A DNA stretch of 41,481 nucleotides from Treponema sp. (lineage in GTDB: Bacteria; Spirochaetota; Spirochaetia; Treponematales; Breznakiellaceae): contig JAITAN010000256.1 in assembly GCA_031284105.1 (NCBI GenBank), forward strand, positions 1 to 41,481, given 5' to 3'. Shown here in pieces: positions 18,081 to 28,000 of this stretch (the first letter of the stretch is position 1; every line of letters starts with the position of its first letter). The notes under the pieces were generated by a model. That model searched no databases. It was not told where the DNA came from and saw only the letters and a list, made by a program, of their open reading frames with translations. Position numbers and translations under genes: made by a program.

Positions 18081-19393
18081 GTATGCGCTCCTTTACTGAT
18101 TGCGCGAATGGTAGTACTGATAGGCAGTCGTGAAGGACAGACCACTTCACAGCACCCGCATCCATGGCAATCTACCGAAGGTGGATTCTCCGGCATACTG
18201 ATGATCTGTTTGTACAACGACTCAGGATCAATCCCCATAGGGCAGACTGCACGACACTCCCCGCAGCCGATACAGCTTCTTGAAACGGTACCGCCGATCT
18301 CCTTTGCCAAAAGCGCTAACACCGCATAACTTGTTTTTGTTACCGGTTCATCAAGATCAAGCACGGTACGCCCTAAGAAAGGCGACCCTATCACAATCCG
18401 TGCGGGATCAGCTATAAGTCCGCCGCATTGCTCAAAAACATCGCGGAGCCGCGTTCCTATACGCACCTTCAGCACATTAGGCGCCTTCACCGCAGAACCG
18501 CCTATGGCAACGTACCTATCCAGTATTGGTTTGTGGAATTTTACCGCATCGTGTATCGCGGATGCTGTAGAAGGGCATAACATAAAAAGACGTCCCAACA
18601 AGGCGTTTTCTTTTTTTTCATAATCTCTCAGTACCAACTCAAGTTCCCGCTGGTTGTGTTGAGGGTATCTGTTTCCTACGGCTACTACCGCTATGGGAGT
18701 GTTTACAGGATACAAATTGTGCAAAATTTGTACCGTTTTCCGTATGTTATCTATAAGCTGTTTTTCCTTATAAGAAACGGCGTATACGATGCTCGTTGCC
18801 CTGCACGCCTTTGCTGTAATGAGACTGCCTTCAACAACAGCCATGAGCCGTTCATTGCAGATCGCTTTGTCTGCGGCAAACCAAGCGTTGTCAAACACGC
18901 AACGGATTACCACAGTGACTGCCTCTTTCTCCGTAGCAAGATCGTCAAAGAGGTCTACAACCGGTCTTTCCCCTTCATCCATTTCAACTATGCCGTATTC
19001 CGCTATGAGGTGCTGTAATTCAGAGAGTTGTAGATCGATCCACGGATATGCAGGTTCTTTTTTCCCTAACCGTTCAAAACTTCCTTCCATACGTATAACA
19101 AGGGCTTCGTTGACGGTACCGTCTACGGTCTTCCATGAAACCATACGTACGACTTTTCCGGGTACTGTTGCATGAATATTTGCGGAGCCTTGCCCCTGAC
19201 CGCGCCCTATCAGCATACCTTCTTTGACATATTCCCCGATAAACACAATCGGGTACGCCTTGTTTCCCGTATGCTGAATCAAGGATATTACCGACAATAC
19301 CGGTAAAAATGCCGTCTCTGTTGAAGCGCTCTGCGGCGCATAAGGGTCTTCAAAAACAAACCCGCCTCGGGAAAATGAGTACGTTTTTTTCAT
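18077..19393 (-). CDS. RnfC-like subunit retaining two 4Fe-4S motifs but lacking the NADH/FMN-binding motifs
   Basis: The start is most likely ATG 19393 (MKKTYSF...), which forms an ATGA overlap with the stop of the upstream gene. The ORF extends to 19423. The N-terminal RnfC barrel-sandwich region is present (LIQHTG..., HATVPGKVV). CIGCGECRAVCP and CHGCGCCEVVCP lie at 18134-18274. Canonical GLGGAGFPT reads GIVEMDEGERP (18947-18997) and NAAECEPY reads RCVFDNAW. Confidence 0.85.
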   Translation of the reverse strand: MKKTYSFSRGGFVFEDPYAPQSASTETAFLPVLSVISLIQHTGNKAYPIVFIGEYVKEGMLIGRGQGQGSANIHATVPGKVVRMVSWKTVDGTVNEALVIRMEGSFERLGKKEPAYPWIDLQLSELQHLIAEYGIVEMDEGERPVVDLFDDLATEKEAVTVVIRCVFDNAWFAADKAICNERLMAVVEGSLITAKACRATSIVYAVSYKEKQLIDNIRKTVQILHNLYPVNTPIAVVAVGNRYPQHNQRELELVLRDYEKKENALLGRLFMLCPSTASAIHDAVKFHKPILDRYVAIGGSAVKAPNVLKVRIGTRLRDVFEQCGGLIADPARIVIGSPFLGRTVLDLDEPVTKTSYAVLALLAKEIGGTVSRSCIGCGECRAVCPMGIDPESLYKQIISMPENPPSVDCHGCGCCEVVCPSRLPISTTIRAISKGAHT

Positions 19394-21021
19394 GCAGCTA
19401 TCCGTTTGCGGAACAAGTTCCATTTTTTATTATATACTAGCATGTCCTTTTTCCTGTATCTTTTTTGTCCGATATTAAACAACGCAAGAATGCATGGTAA
19501 GATGAGCATCATTATGGGGAGCATATTCTGCGTATCAATATCGGTTTTTACTACATTTTGTTCATTATGCCCTGATTTATCCAAAAAATCCACAAGACTT
19601 TCCAAAGAAAAGGATGGAAAATCGCCGAAATCTCCAATAATTTTTTCTTGTATGCCGGTTCCGCCATTATTCGCGTCATTCAATGATTCGGGAAGGTGTA
19701 TCATACCGGACAAATATTCGCCGTACTCTTTTGTTCCCGTTATAAGTCCATCTTCTCCAACATAATAATGTACATACGTATTACCAATTTTTTTTTCCGA
19801 ATCCACTCCAAGCGAGGTAAACGAAAATGAGGTTTGAAAGGCGAGGTGCGCTTCGTAATCACTCCTCTGAATCAGGTAATCTCCTAGGTACTCGGAGCCT
19901 TCGCGGTATGCGGTAAGCCCCAGTTCGCCGGGCAATATCAAAGCTAGAAAAGCCGCAATGGTAAAAGGAATCGCAGCGCGGGTAAACAACGGCGTTTTGG
20001 CGATGTTTCCAATAATAGGTACCGGCGTGAATCTAATGTGATCCTGCGAACCGCCTTTGTTCGATTCGCCCCACAAAACGAGCGGCAGGACAATACAGGC
20101 GCACCCAAAAACCGCCGCTTCGAACACAAGCGATACGTTGCTAATTATTCCGGTGTATACGTACAGGGCAATAAATAAAAGAAACAAACCGATACTAACT
20201 AAAAGTCCAAGCGGTTTTATATTCGGCAACCGTTGCGCGGCGGTGTGTGCCGTACGCTTGGTGTTTAGTTTTATTCTTTTAACAGGGTGAAAAAAGTACA
20301 TTATCCGTGTCCAAATCGTCTTTTTTGCGTTTCCATAACGCCCTGCGGCAAATAATACCCGCAACGGGGCGGTGATGACGCTCGCCATGGTAAGCATAAT
20401 CGCCGAAAGCGCCAACCCTGCAGAACCGGTAAACGCAAAGCCCGCAAAAAGCGGCGTAAGCGCGAGGGTGATTACCGGCGATTTTGACACCAGTACGGAC
20501 AAGAGCGATGCAATGGCAAACAGCAGGAAGTAAAACATAATAGGTCTATCATAACCCAAAAACTCAATGGAAAAAGGAATATCGCCAAGCGCCTCTGTAA
20601 AAGCCGTGTGTACGGCGCGCGTACCGAGCCTGTTCGCTTCAACCGAAAGCGGAATAAAAAACAGCCGCTTATCATCGCGGACAAAGAATTCCTTGAGCTT
20701 TTCAGCATACCCATCATGCCGCGGATCAAAATCTTCTAAACGTCCTTCCCAAAGGTCTAAGGGAATCGACTCCAGTTCACCGAAATTATCAAGAAAAACC
20801 ATTTGTGTTGATTCCGAAATGTAGAAGCGGCCCAAGTCGATCCGTGAAAGACATTTTCCGATCTCCCTGTCCGGGTACGACGCGTCAAAAGCCAGCACTG
20901 CGTATCCGTTGCTTCCCTCATGTGGTATGATCTTTTCCGCGAGCCTGAAAAGAAATGCCGCAAAGCTCAAAGAGCATACCACGAGTAAAATAACAGGGAT
21001 AATCCGCGATTTCAAAGACAT
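19390..21021 (-). CDS. Hypothetical polytopic membrane protein (543 aa), translationally coupled to the RnfC-like gene
   Basis: Long ORF. An N-terminal TM helix is followed by a soluble domain of ~120 aa, then a block of about 7-8 hydrophobic helices (aa ~160-360), a second soluble domain and a C-terminal TM helix with a basic tail. Its stop TGA (19392-19390) overlaps ATG 19393 of the next gene. Confidence 0.75.
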   Translation of the reverse strand: MSLKSRIIPVILLVVCSLSFAAFLFRLAEKIIPHEGSNGYAVLAFDASYPDREIGKCLSRIDLGRFYISESTQMVFLDNFGELESIPLDLWEGRLEDFDPRHDGYAEKLKEFFVRDDKRLFFIPLSVEANRLGTRAVHTAFTEALGDIPFSIEFLGYDRPIMFYFLLFAIASLLSVLVSKSPVITLALTPLFAGFAFTGSAGLALSAIMLTMASVITAPLRVLFAAGRYGNAKKTIWTRIMYFFHPVKRIKLNTKRTAHTAAQRLPNIKPLGLLVSIGLFLLFIALYVYTGIISNVSLVFEAAVFGCACIVLPLVLWGESNKGGSQDHIRFTPVPIIGNIAKTPLFTRAAIPFTIAAFLALILPGELGLTAYREGSEYLGDYLIQRSDYEAHLAFQTSFSFTSLGVDSEKKIGNTYVHYYVGEDGLITGTKEYGEYLSGMIHLPESLNDANNGGTGIQEKIIGDFGDFPSFSLESLVDFLDKSGHNEQNVVKTDIDTQNMLPIMMLILPCILALFNIGQKRYRKKDMLVYNKKWNLFRKRIAA

Positions 21022-21029
21022 GTTTTACC

Positions 21030-21503
21030 CTACAAAAAGACATACGCCGCGGCGATAAAAATGCCCAGCAATCCGCCGACTACCACTTCAAGCGGGGTAT
21101 GCCCATGTATTTCTTTAACCGGATGGTATTCGATTCCTGTTTTTTCAGCGACATTTCTCCCCAAAAAATTTAAGGCGCGCCCTTGTATGCCGGAAGCACG
21201 CCGAACGCCCATTGCGTCCCGTATGACGATCATGGCAAACCACAACGAAATGATAAAGATATTTGAATCAAGTCCTTCCTTGAAAGCCGTTGAGATTGTC
21301 ATAGAAGTAACAAGCGCCGAATGACTTGAAGGCATACCGCCTGTACGCCATGTGAGGACTTCAATCACTTCTTTTATCGTCTTCTTTCTGCGCCTTCTGG
21401 ATAACACTATCACCGCCTTGATAAACTGCGCGAGAAACCAGCTCGTAACCGGCGCTAGAAAAATAGGATTTTCAAAAAACCTCTTTACGGACGCTGTATT
21501 CAT
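21030..21503 (-). CDS. Divergent PAP2 family membrane protein (DUF212; acid phosphatase/vanadium haloperoxidase-related)
   Basis: Signatures GGMPSSHSALV, IVIRDAMGVRRASG and KEIHGHTPLEVVVG. 157 aa. 8-bp gap to the downstream gene. Confidence 0.85.
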   Translation of the reverse strand: MNTASVKRFFENPIFLAPVTSWFLAQFIKAVIVLSRRRRKKTIKEVIEVLTWRTGGMPSSHSALVTSMTISTAFKEGLDSNIFIISLWFAMIVIRDAMGVRRASGIQGRALNFLGRNVAEKTGIEYHPVKEIHGHTPLEVVVGGLLGIFIAAAYVFL

Positions 21504-21513
21504 AAATGGTACC

Positions 21514-22845
21514 CTACCACTCTCCGAAACCAGCTATGACATCTCTAAAGAAATAAGCGCTGTCTTTCAGCGTCCGCTTCTGGGTTTTATAATCTACATG
21601 GACAATGCCGAACCGTTTCGAATATCCCCAAGCCCACTCAAAGTTATCAAGAAACGACCATACAAAATAACCGTTGAGTTTGATCCCCTCTTTAATCAAT
21701 GTTGAACAAACGCTTAAATGGTCTTTGAGGTAGTCTATGCGTTTCTTATCGTGAACCCTACCGTCAGTCTCAACCGTATCGGGGTTTGCATAGCCGTTCT
21801 CGGTAACATAAATGGGAAGGTTTCCACCCGTTACTTCGCTTACCCACGCAATCTGGCGGTACAGTCCCGAAGGAACCACGGGCCAGTCCATATCCGTACG
21901 TTCCTGCCAGAATGGGGCGACGGAGTACTTATGGGGAGAGGCGTCATCCCATGCAACGGCGTTTTCAGAGTAATAGTTCAGCCCAAGGAAGTCTATTTTT
22001 TCCGCAGTTATGTCCAAATCGCCCGGTTTAACAGGAAGTTTTTCGCCTGCTTGAAAGACGATTTCAGGATACCCTCTGCCGATAAGCGGGAACAGAAACA
22101 ATTCCGCCTCAAATGCCCGCGCCCTGCGCGCCGCCTCAATGTCCGCTTTGCTTTTGGATGCCGGACGCGGCGTATTGAGGTTCAGCGTAATGCCGATAGG
22201 CGCTTTGAGACCCGTTCTCCGGTATTCTCTGACCGTTGCGCCGTGCGCCAGCAGTATATGATGAACCGCGCCCGCCGTTTGCACGGGGTCTTTGATCCCG
22301 GGCGCGTGTACACCCCACAAATAACCTAGAAACGTAACGCACAGCGGTTCATTCATGGTTATCCACTGATCCACGCAATCGCCCAACTCCGCAAAACATA
22401 CCTTCGCATATTCAACGAAAGCATCCACGATAAACCGTTCCGCCCAGCCGCCCTTGTCCTGGAGGACTTGCGGTAAGTCCCAATGGTACAATGTTGCGCA
22501 CGCCTGTATGCCGTGTGCATGAAGCTCGGCGCAGAGGTTCCTGTAATAGGCGATTCCTTCTTTATTTACCGCACCGGTACTATTCGACAGAACACGCGGC
22601 CAGGCAATGGAGAAGCGGTAGCTTTGGAAGCCCAGTTTTGCTATGAGCGCAACGTCTTCTTTATAGCGGTGGTATTGATCGCAGGCTATATCGCCGTTTT
22701 CTCCGGCATATACCGCACCCGGTACACGGCAGAATGTATCCCAAATACTCTCGCTCCGCCCACCCTCATGTGTAGCGCCTTCGACCTGATAACTGGCGGT
22801 CGCAGTTCCCCACAAAAAATCTTCTGGAAATTCTAGTTTATGCAT
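21514..22845 (-). CDS. Glycoside hydrolase family 1 beta-glucosidase
   Basis: FLWGTATASYQVEG is at the N-terminus. The acid/base motif is TMNEP and the nucleophile motif is YVTENG. FVWSFLDNFEWAWGYSKRFGIVHVDY is also present. It is collinear along its full length with BglA-type enzymes. Confidence 0.92.
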   Translation of the reverse strand: MHKLEFPEDFLWGTATASYQVEGATHEGGRSESIWDTFCRVPGAVYAGENGDIACDQYHRYKEDVALIAKLGFQSYRFSIAWPRVLSNSTGAVNKEGIAYYRNLCAELHAHGIQACATLYHWDLPQVLQDKGGWAERFIVDAFVEYAKVCFAELGDCVDQWITMNEPLCVTFLGYLWGVHAPGIKDPVQTAGAVHHILLAHGATVREYRRTGLKAPIGITLNLNTPRPASKSKADIEAARRARAFEAELFLFPLIGRGYPEIVFQAGEKLPVKPGDLDITAEKIDFLGLNYYSENAVAWDDASPHKYSVAPFWQERTDMDWPVVPSGLYRQIAWVSEVTGGNLPIYVTENGYANPDTVETDGRVHDKKRIDYLKDHLSVCSTLIKEGIKLNGYFVWSFLDNFEWAWGYSKRFGIVHVDYKTQKRTLKDSAYFFRDVIAGFGEW

Positions 22846-23071
22846 GGCTATTATAATAACATAGAAAAGAAGTAATTGACAAGGGTATTATAAAAAAGTT
22901 ATACGAAATGACCTCCTAAAAATTCTTTCAGAAACAATAGGGTAAAGGACGGTAACGTATAGGAATCGGCATTAAAGGTATTGGTAAAGCGGCGTCTTTG
23001 TCCCGCGTTTACCATAGCGGGCGCGTCCATGCCGCCTGAAATTTTCCCCCCATCGGCAAGAAAAAATCTTA

Positions 23072-24186
23072 CCTCTAGGGCAACGCCGATTAATTGCGGG
23101 GAAACGGTTTTGAGGGTGTTTTATCGGATAAAAAGAGCAAGCTCTCATACCCTGCCGCTTTTACGCCGTTTAACAGGGCTTTTGCCTTCCCTATCCGTCC
23201 TTTCCTGCTTTTTCATAAAAAAGGACGGACTCCCCCCTATTACGCTCCCGCAGCCCGTTTTACAGGAATCATCGTCCACGCCCTTTGCAACAGGGCCGGC
23301 GCTTGCAAACACATACACAACCGTTCTTCATTATTCTCCGGTATACTACGTTCCCGGTATCCGAATAGCCTCTTCACTATATAAAAGATACGGTTCTCTT
23401 TGCTCTTCACGGTTGATTTCAGCTCCGCCGGCTCCTTCGCCCAGCCTAGGCGCGTGCCCACACATAAGGCGGGGACTTTGCGAAGCAAAGCCCCGCGGAG
23501 CCGCCCCCTCTAATACTTGGGGGGTCGCCCCTCTAATGCCGGGGGCGATGACCCTCTAATGCCGGGGGCGATGACCCTCTAATGCCGGAGGGGTCAACCC
23601 CTCTAATGCTGGGGGTGATGCCCCTCTAACGCTGGGGGCGATGCCCCTCTAACGCTGGGGGGTCAACCCCTCTAACGCTGGGGGCGATGACCCTCTAGTG
23701 CCGGGGGGTCAATCCCTCTAACGCTGGGGGCGATGACCCTCTAGTGCTGGGGGGTCAACCCCTCTAATGCCGGGGGTGATGACTCTCTAATGCCGGGGGT
23801 GATGCCCCTCTAATGCCGGGGGGTCAACCCCTCTAACGCCGGGGGCGTATCGAAGCAAAGTCTCACGGAGCCGCCTCCTCGCTGCCGGTTGCGTTAGACG
23901 CTTTCGGCATGAGCCGTGAGTTTGAACTCATGGCGCACTTCTAGCCTAGGCGCGTACCCCCACACCCGGCCTGAAGAGAACCCTCACTCCTGCCCGGCGT
24001 GAATCCTCATTTACAACCATTCTCACACCGGTAGATGAGCGCGTTATGCAAGGTTTGATTGTCTATAGCAACATTTCCCCGCCGTTTCGGCGGCAATGGC
24101 GCTATTTGCAGGTATTGTTTCCCGCTTAGTTCCATACTTATTTTTCTCTCTTTACTTCTCGTTCCTTTTGCGAATACGCCCTAGGG
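23072..24186 (-). pseudogene. Decayed IS5-family element, relic 2, with its central part replaced by a tandem array
   Basis: Minus-strand fragment IVKRLFGYRERSIPENNEERL..ALL matches the IS5 transposase C-terminal signature (KR.FGY.KVRYRGL.KN......ALANL). 23072-23397 is homologous to 14468-14797. 24022-24186 is homologous to 37495-37600. Confidence 0.7.
23506..23846 (+). repeat. 23-bp tandem repeat array of about 15 units (CCCTCTAATGCCGGGGGCGATGA)
   Basis: Units phase at 22-24 bp (for example 23529-23551 and 23552-23574 are identical). Two unit subtypes are interleaved, ending in gcgatga or ggtcaac. The array is flanked by the direct repeats cgaagcaaag(c/t)c(c/t)c(g/a)cggagccgcc at 23481 and 23851. 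Stops occur in all six frames. Confidence 0.95.
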
Positions 24187-24316
24187 GGGGTGAAATTACC
24201 CTATCGCTCTCCGCCGGCAGAATGAAGAAAGCGAATCCGATCCTCGATGTTCTAAACCCGTTTGCGAATAGTTTTTCTACCTATACTTTTTATATGTGTT
24301 TCGTTATTATATACCT

Positions 24317-25015
24317 ATGTTAGAGATCGATGCCGTTGCCTTTGATTTGGATGGTACCCTTTATCCTAATTACCGGTTTTATGTACGGCTGATTCCCTTT
24401 GCAGTACAAGAGTACCGTTTACTCCACGCCTTCGGAAAAGCCCGCTCTATACTTCGCTCCGTAAGAGTCGGAGACCCTCTGTATGAGCAGGAGTTTTATG
24501 AGACGCAGGCGTTTCTGATGGCGCGTATATTTAACCGTAATGCCGATCAGTCTGAAACCGCGGCGATGCGGAAAGAAATTGAGCGCCTTATTTACCGGGG
24601 CTGGGAGCCTGTATTTAAAAATGTCCGGTTGTTTCCCCATGTGCCGGAAGTGCTTTCGGCATTGAAACGAAAAGGGCTAAAGCTGGGACTTTTGTCTGAT
24701 TTTCCGCCCGAACAAAAACTCAAGTTTCTGGGGCTTTCCGGGATTTGGGACGCGGTGCTGTGTTCCGAAGAGACCGGCAGGCTCAAACCGGATCCGAAGT
24801 CGTTTATGGCGTTGTCGGAAAAGCTCGGCGTACATCCGGCGCGGATACTCTATGTCGGTAACAGTAAGCGGTATGATGTTGCCGGCGCCACCCGCACGGG
24901 TATGAAAACCGCTTTGAAGGTTCCCTTCCTCTTGAAATGTTTTAATAAACCTTTTGATGAAAAGAACTTTGTTTTTTATGACTATCGCTATTTATTCGAT
25001 TATGTGATAAAATAA
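24317..25015 (+). CDS. HAD-superfamily hydrolase
   Basis: Motif I is FDLDGTLY immediately after ATG 24317 (the ORF begins at GTG 24296). Motif II is LLSDF. A motif IV-like sequence is YVGNSKRYDVAGA. Confidence 0.85.
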   Translation: MLEIDAVAFDLDGTLYPNYRFYVRLIPFAVQEYRLLHAFGKARSILRSVRVGDPLYEQEFYETQAFLMARIFNRNADQSETAAMRKEIERLIYRGWEPVFKNVRLFPHVPEVLSALKRKGLKLGLLSDFPPEQKLKFLGLSGIWDAVLCSEETGRLKPDPKSFMALSEKLGVHPARILYVGNSKRYDVAGATRTGMKTALKVPFLLKCFNKPFDEKNFVFYDYRYLFDYVIK

Positions 25016-25058
25016 CCTCACCTTAAAACCATAAAAAAAGAGAGTAAGAGAGTACCGG

Positions 25059-28000
25059 ATGGCAATAGTAGGAAATATAATAACGCTCCTCATCGTTGGA
25101 GTAGTGCTTTTTTTGTACCGTCAGCTTGATAAACGAAATCGTTCTCTTGATAAAGTGCGCAAATATGCGGAACACCTCAAAGATGAACTTTCCGTTTTTG
25201 TAGCCGGGAAAGAAAGCGCGGTAAAAGATTACAGTATAGACCTTGATGTACAGCAGAAATCCGCTAAGGAATTGATGCATAAGCTCAAGCTGACGGAAGA
25301 AGAGCTTGCGGAAAAGGCAAAGGCTATAGCGAAAATTGATGAGCGTATAAATGCCTATGATACTTCTTTAGAAGAACTGGTACGCATGACGGGTTTGGTA
25401 CAGGAAAATTTGGATCGTATCAGCGAAGAATCGGCTTTTGTAGAAACAGTCAACAAAAAGGTATCCGATGCCCGCGATAAATTGTTCGTGTTTGAGAAAG
25501 AACTTGTCGGGCTGAAACAGCGCTTTGAACAGGATAATGCGGTAGCCCTGTCAAAACTTTCAAATAGTATGCTTACCGAGGTGAAATCTTCTATTGTTGC
25601 GCTTAAAACGGAGTCTGAACGGATTCAGCGCAACGTTACGGAGCAGCGGGAAGCGATTGAAAAGACCGAACAGGTACGTTCCGCAAATCTTGCCAGAGAC
25701 ATGGAAGCGATCAACAAAACCCTTCAGGAAGTTGCCGAACGTGCAGGGGCAACGGCGGGCAGGATGGAAGAGGCGACTCTTGTCAAATTGAAGGCTCAAT
25801 CTGAGGAGCGTATCCGGCGCTTGCAGAATTCAATAGAAGAAAATTTGAGGTTGCATCAGGAAAGCGCGCGGGAGCGGCTTGTCGAGCTTAACGGTATCGC
25901 GGCAAAACAACTGGAAAGCTGGAATATCAGCAGTAAGGACATCGAAGACCAGCGGCAGCGTTTCGTGGAGGAATGGTCGCGCGGTGTTGAAGAAGTTACC
26001 GTGCTGCTCAAGACCCGGCAAGCCGAATGGATGACTGCTGCCGATGAAAAAGAGGCGAATTCTAAACAGATATTGTCGGAAGCGGAACATGCCGCAGCGA
26101 GCATACGTTCCTATATCGTTGAACAAAACGATGCCCTTGAGCAGAAACTGAAAGAGACCCGGACGCACATGGATGAAACTATCACGGCTTTGGAAGATCG
26201 GCTTGTCAATGCTTCGCGTATTGCGGAACAAAAAGTGATGGAACGGGCGGATGAAAGGCTCGGCAGTTGGCGGCAGGTTGCTCTTGATGCGGATGCGAAT
26301 CTGCAAAAGACGTTGTTGGGTCTTGAAGCTTCTTCCGATCAGATAAAAAATTTCTTTGAACATGAGTGCGCTATCTTGGAGCAGCGGCTCAAAGATACAA
26401 AGAAACAGACGGAAGATGATATTGCCCTGCTGAAGCAGCAAATCTTCGATACGGCTCAGGAAGCCGAAGCAAAGGTGTCCGAAGAAGCGGACGCGAACCT
26501 TGAGCAGATTTACCGCTCTTTTGAGAATATGGATAAACAGTTTACCGATATGCAGAGTAAAACCAACGATGCCGTTTCCCTTATGGAGGCCCGGCTCAGG
26601 GAGACCGCCGCTGCATCTGAGAAACGAGTGCTTGAGAGTGCAGATACTCGCCTTGAAGACTGGAAACAGGTTGCCGCTAATACGGAGGTAAAACTCAAGA
26701 GCTTGTTACACGAAATAGAAATATCTCATGATGCCGCTCATTCGCAGCTCGAAACGGAAATGGGGCATATCCGGCAACAGCTTGACGGCGCTCGTGTACA
26801 TACGGAACAAGCCATCGCGGAACTGGAGAACAGCATAGCAAAGACGGCGGCTGCCGTGGATGCAAAAATAGCAAGCGAAGCCGATGCGAAACTCGTCCGG
26901 TGGTTGCATGAGTCAGAGAATCAGGATACGAAGGCAAAACAGATACTCGAAGAGCTTGAAGATGTAACCGCACAGGCGAAGATGCATTTTGCTTCTGAAA
27001 TAGAAGCCTTCAATAAGCGGATTGATGAAGAGCGCATCTATACTGATGAAGTAATTGTAGAATTGCGAGACAAATTCGCTATAGAAGCGGAGGCGCTTGA
27101 TGGTAAAATCGGCGATGCTGATGTCCGTACAGACAATGCCATACTTGAGCTGGATAAACAGATTAGCGCGGCGTGCGCCGAATTGAGAGAAGATATTGCA
27201 AAGACGGCGAGTACTGCCAAAGCTGATATTGCAGATGATCTTAATGCCGCCGAAAAGCAGAATAAGCTGCGGGTAGCGGAACTTGAGGCGTCTTTTGCCG
27301 ATACGAAGGCTCATTTAGACGAAGAAATAGCGAAAGCGGAAGAACAAGTGCAGGCTTTCCGGGAGCGGTTTAAAGAAACCGTAACGCATATTGAAGACGC
27401 GGTGAATACTGCCGTCAGTAATACGGACATTAAAGCGGAACATGCCGCAAACGACCGCCTTGTCCGGTGGAAGTCGGCGTTTGAAGCGGGAGATGCGCAA
27501 ATCGTTCGGCGGCTTGCGGAATTGGAAGGCTTGTCTACACAGACGAAAGCCGGCATTAACGCTGATTTGGATGGTATTAATGAAAAAAACGCTCGGCGTC
27601 TCTCGGAATTGGAAACAATGTGGATGCAGACGAAAGAAGCCATTTCATCAGAACTTGACCATGCCGGTGAACAGAACAAGGCGCGTGTAGCCGGGTTAGA
27701 GGCGTCTTTTGCCGAAGTTAAAGAACGTATTGCAAGCGAAATAGCGGAAACCGAGTCTCATCTGCACAGTATTGAGAAGAAGGTTGATGAAACCATGAGC
27801 GGCATTGAGGATGCCATGAGTACCGCGGTTGCCAATACGGATGCCAAAGTGGAGAACGCGGCGAATGACCGGCTGGAGCAGTGGAAGCATGCGTTTGAGT
27901 CGGGCGATGAGCAAAATATGAAGCGGCTTGAGGAACTGGAAACGCTGGCGGCCCGGACAAAGGCCGGCATTACTGCGGAACTGGACCAAGGCGGAGAACA

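Noticed and set aside
19393-19423. Upstream start (MELVPQTDSC...) for the RnfC-like gene
   Set aside because: It would overlap the preceding gene by 34 nt. ATG 19393 gives the same ATGA stop/start coupling seen throughout the operon.
22889-22917. Perfect TTGACA hexamer on the plus strand upstream of IS relic 2
   Set aside because: The best -10 at a 17-nt spacing is only TTATAC, and no plus-strand gene follows. It was not reported as a feature.
22981-23559. 192-aa plus-strand ORF running into the 23-bp array
   Set aside because: It reads the antisense of the transposase C-terminal relic and then the tandem repeat. There is no homology-like signal and no SD.
23506-23846. Possible CRISPR array, given the regular short repeats
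   Set aside because: Units are directly adjacent with no unique spacers. The period is 22-24 bp, and no cas genes or leader are nearby. It is a minisatellite.
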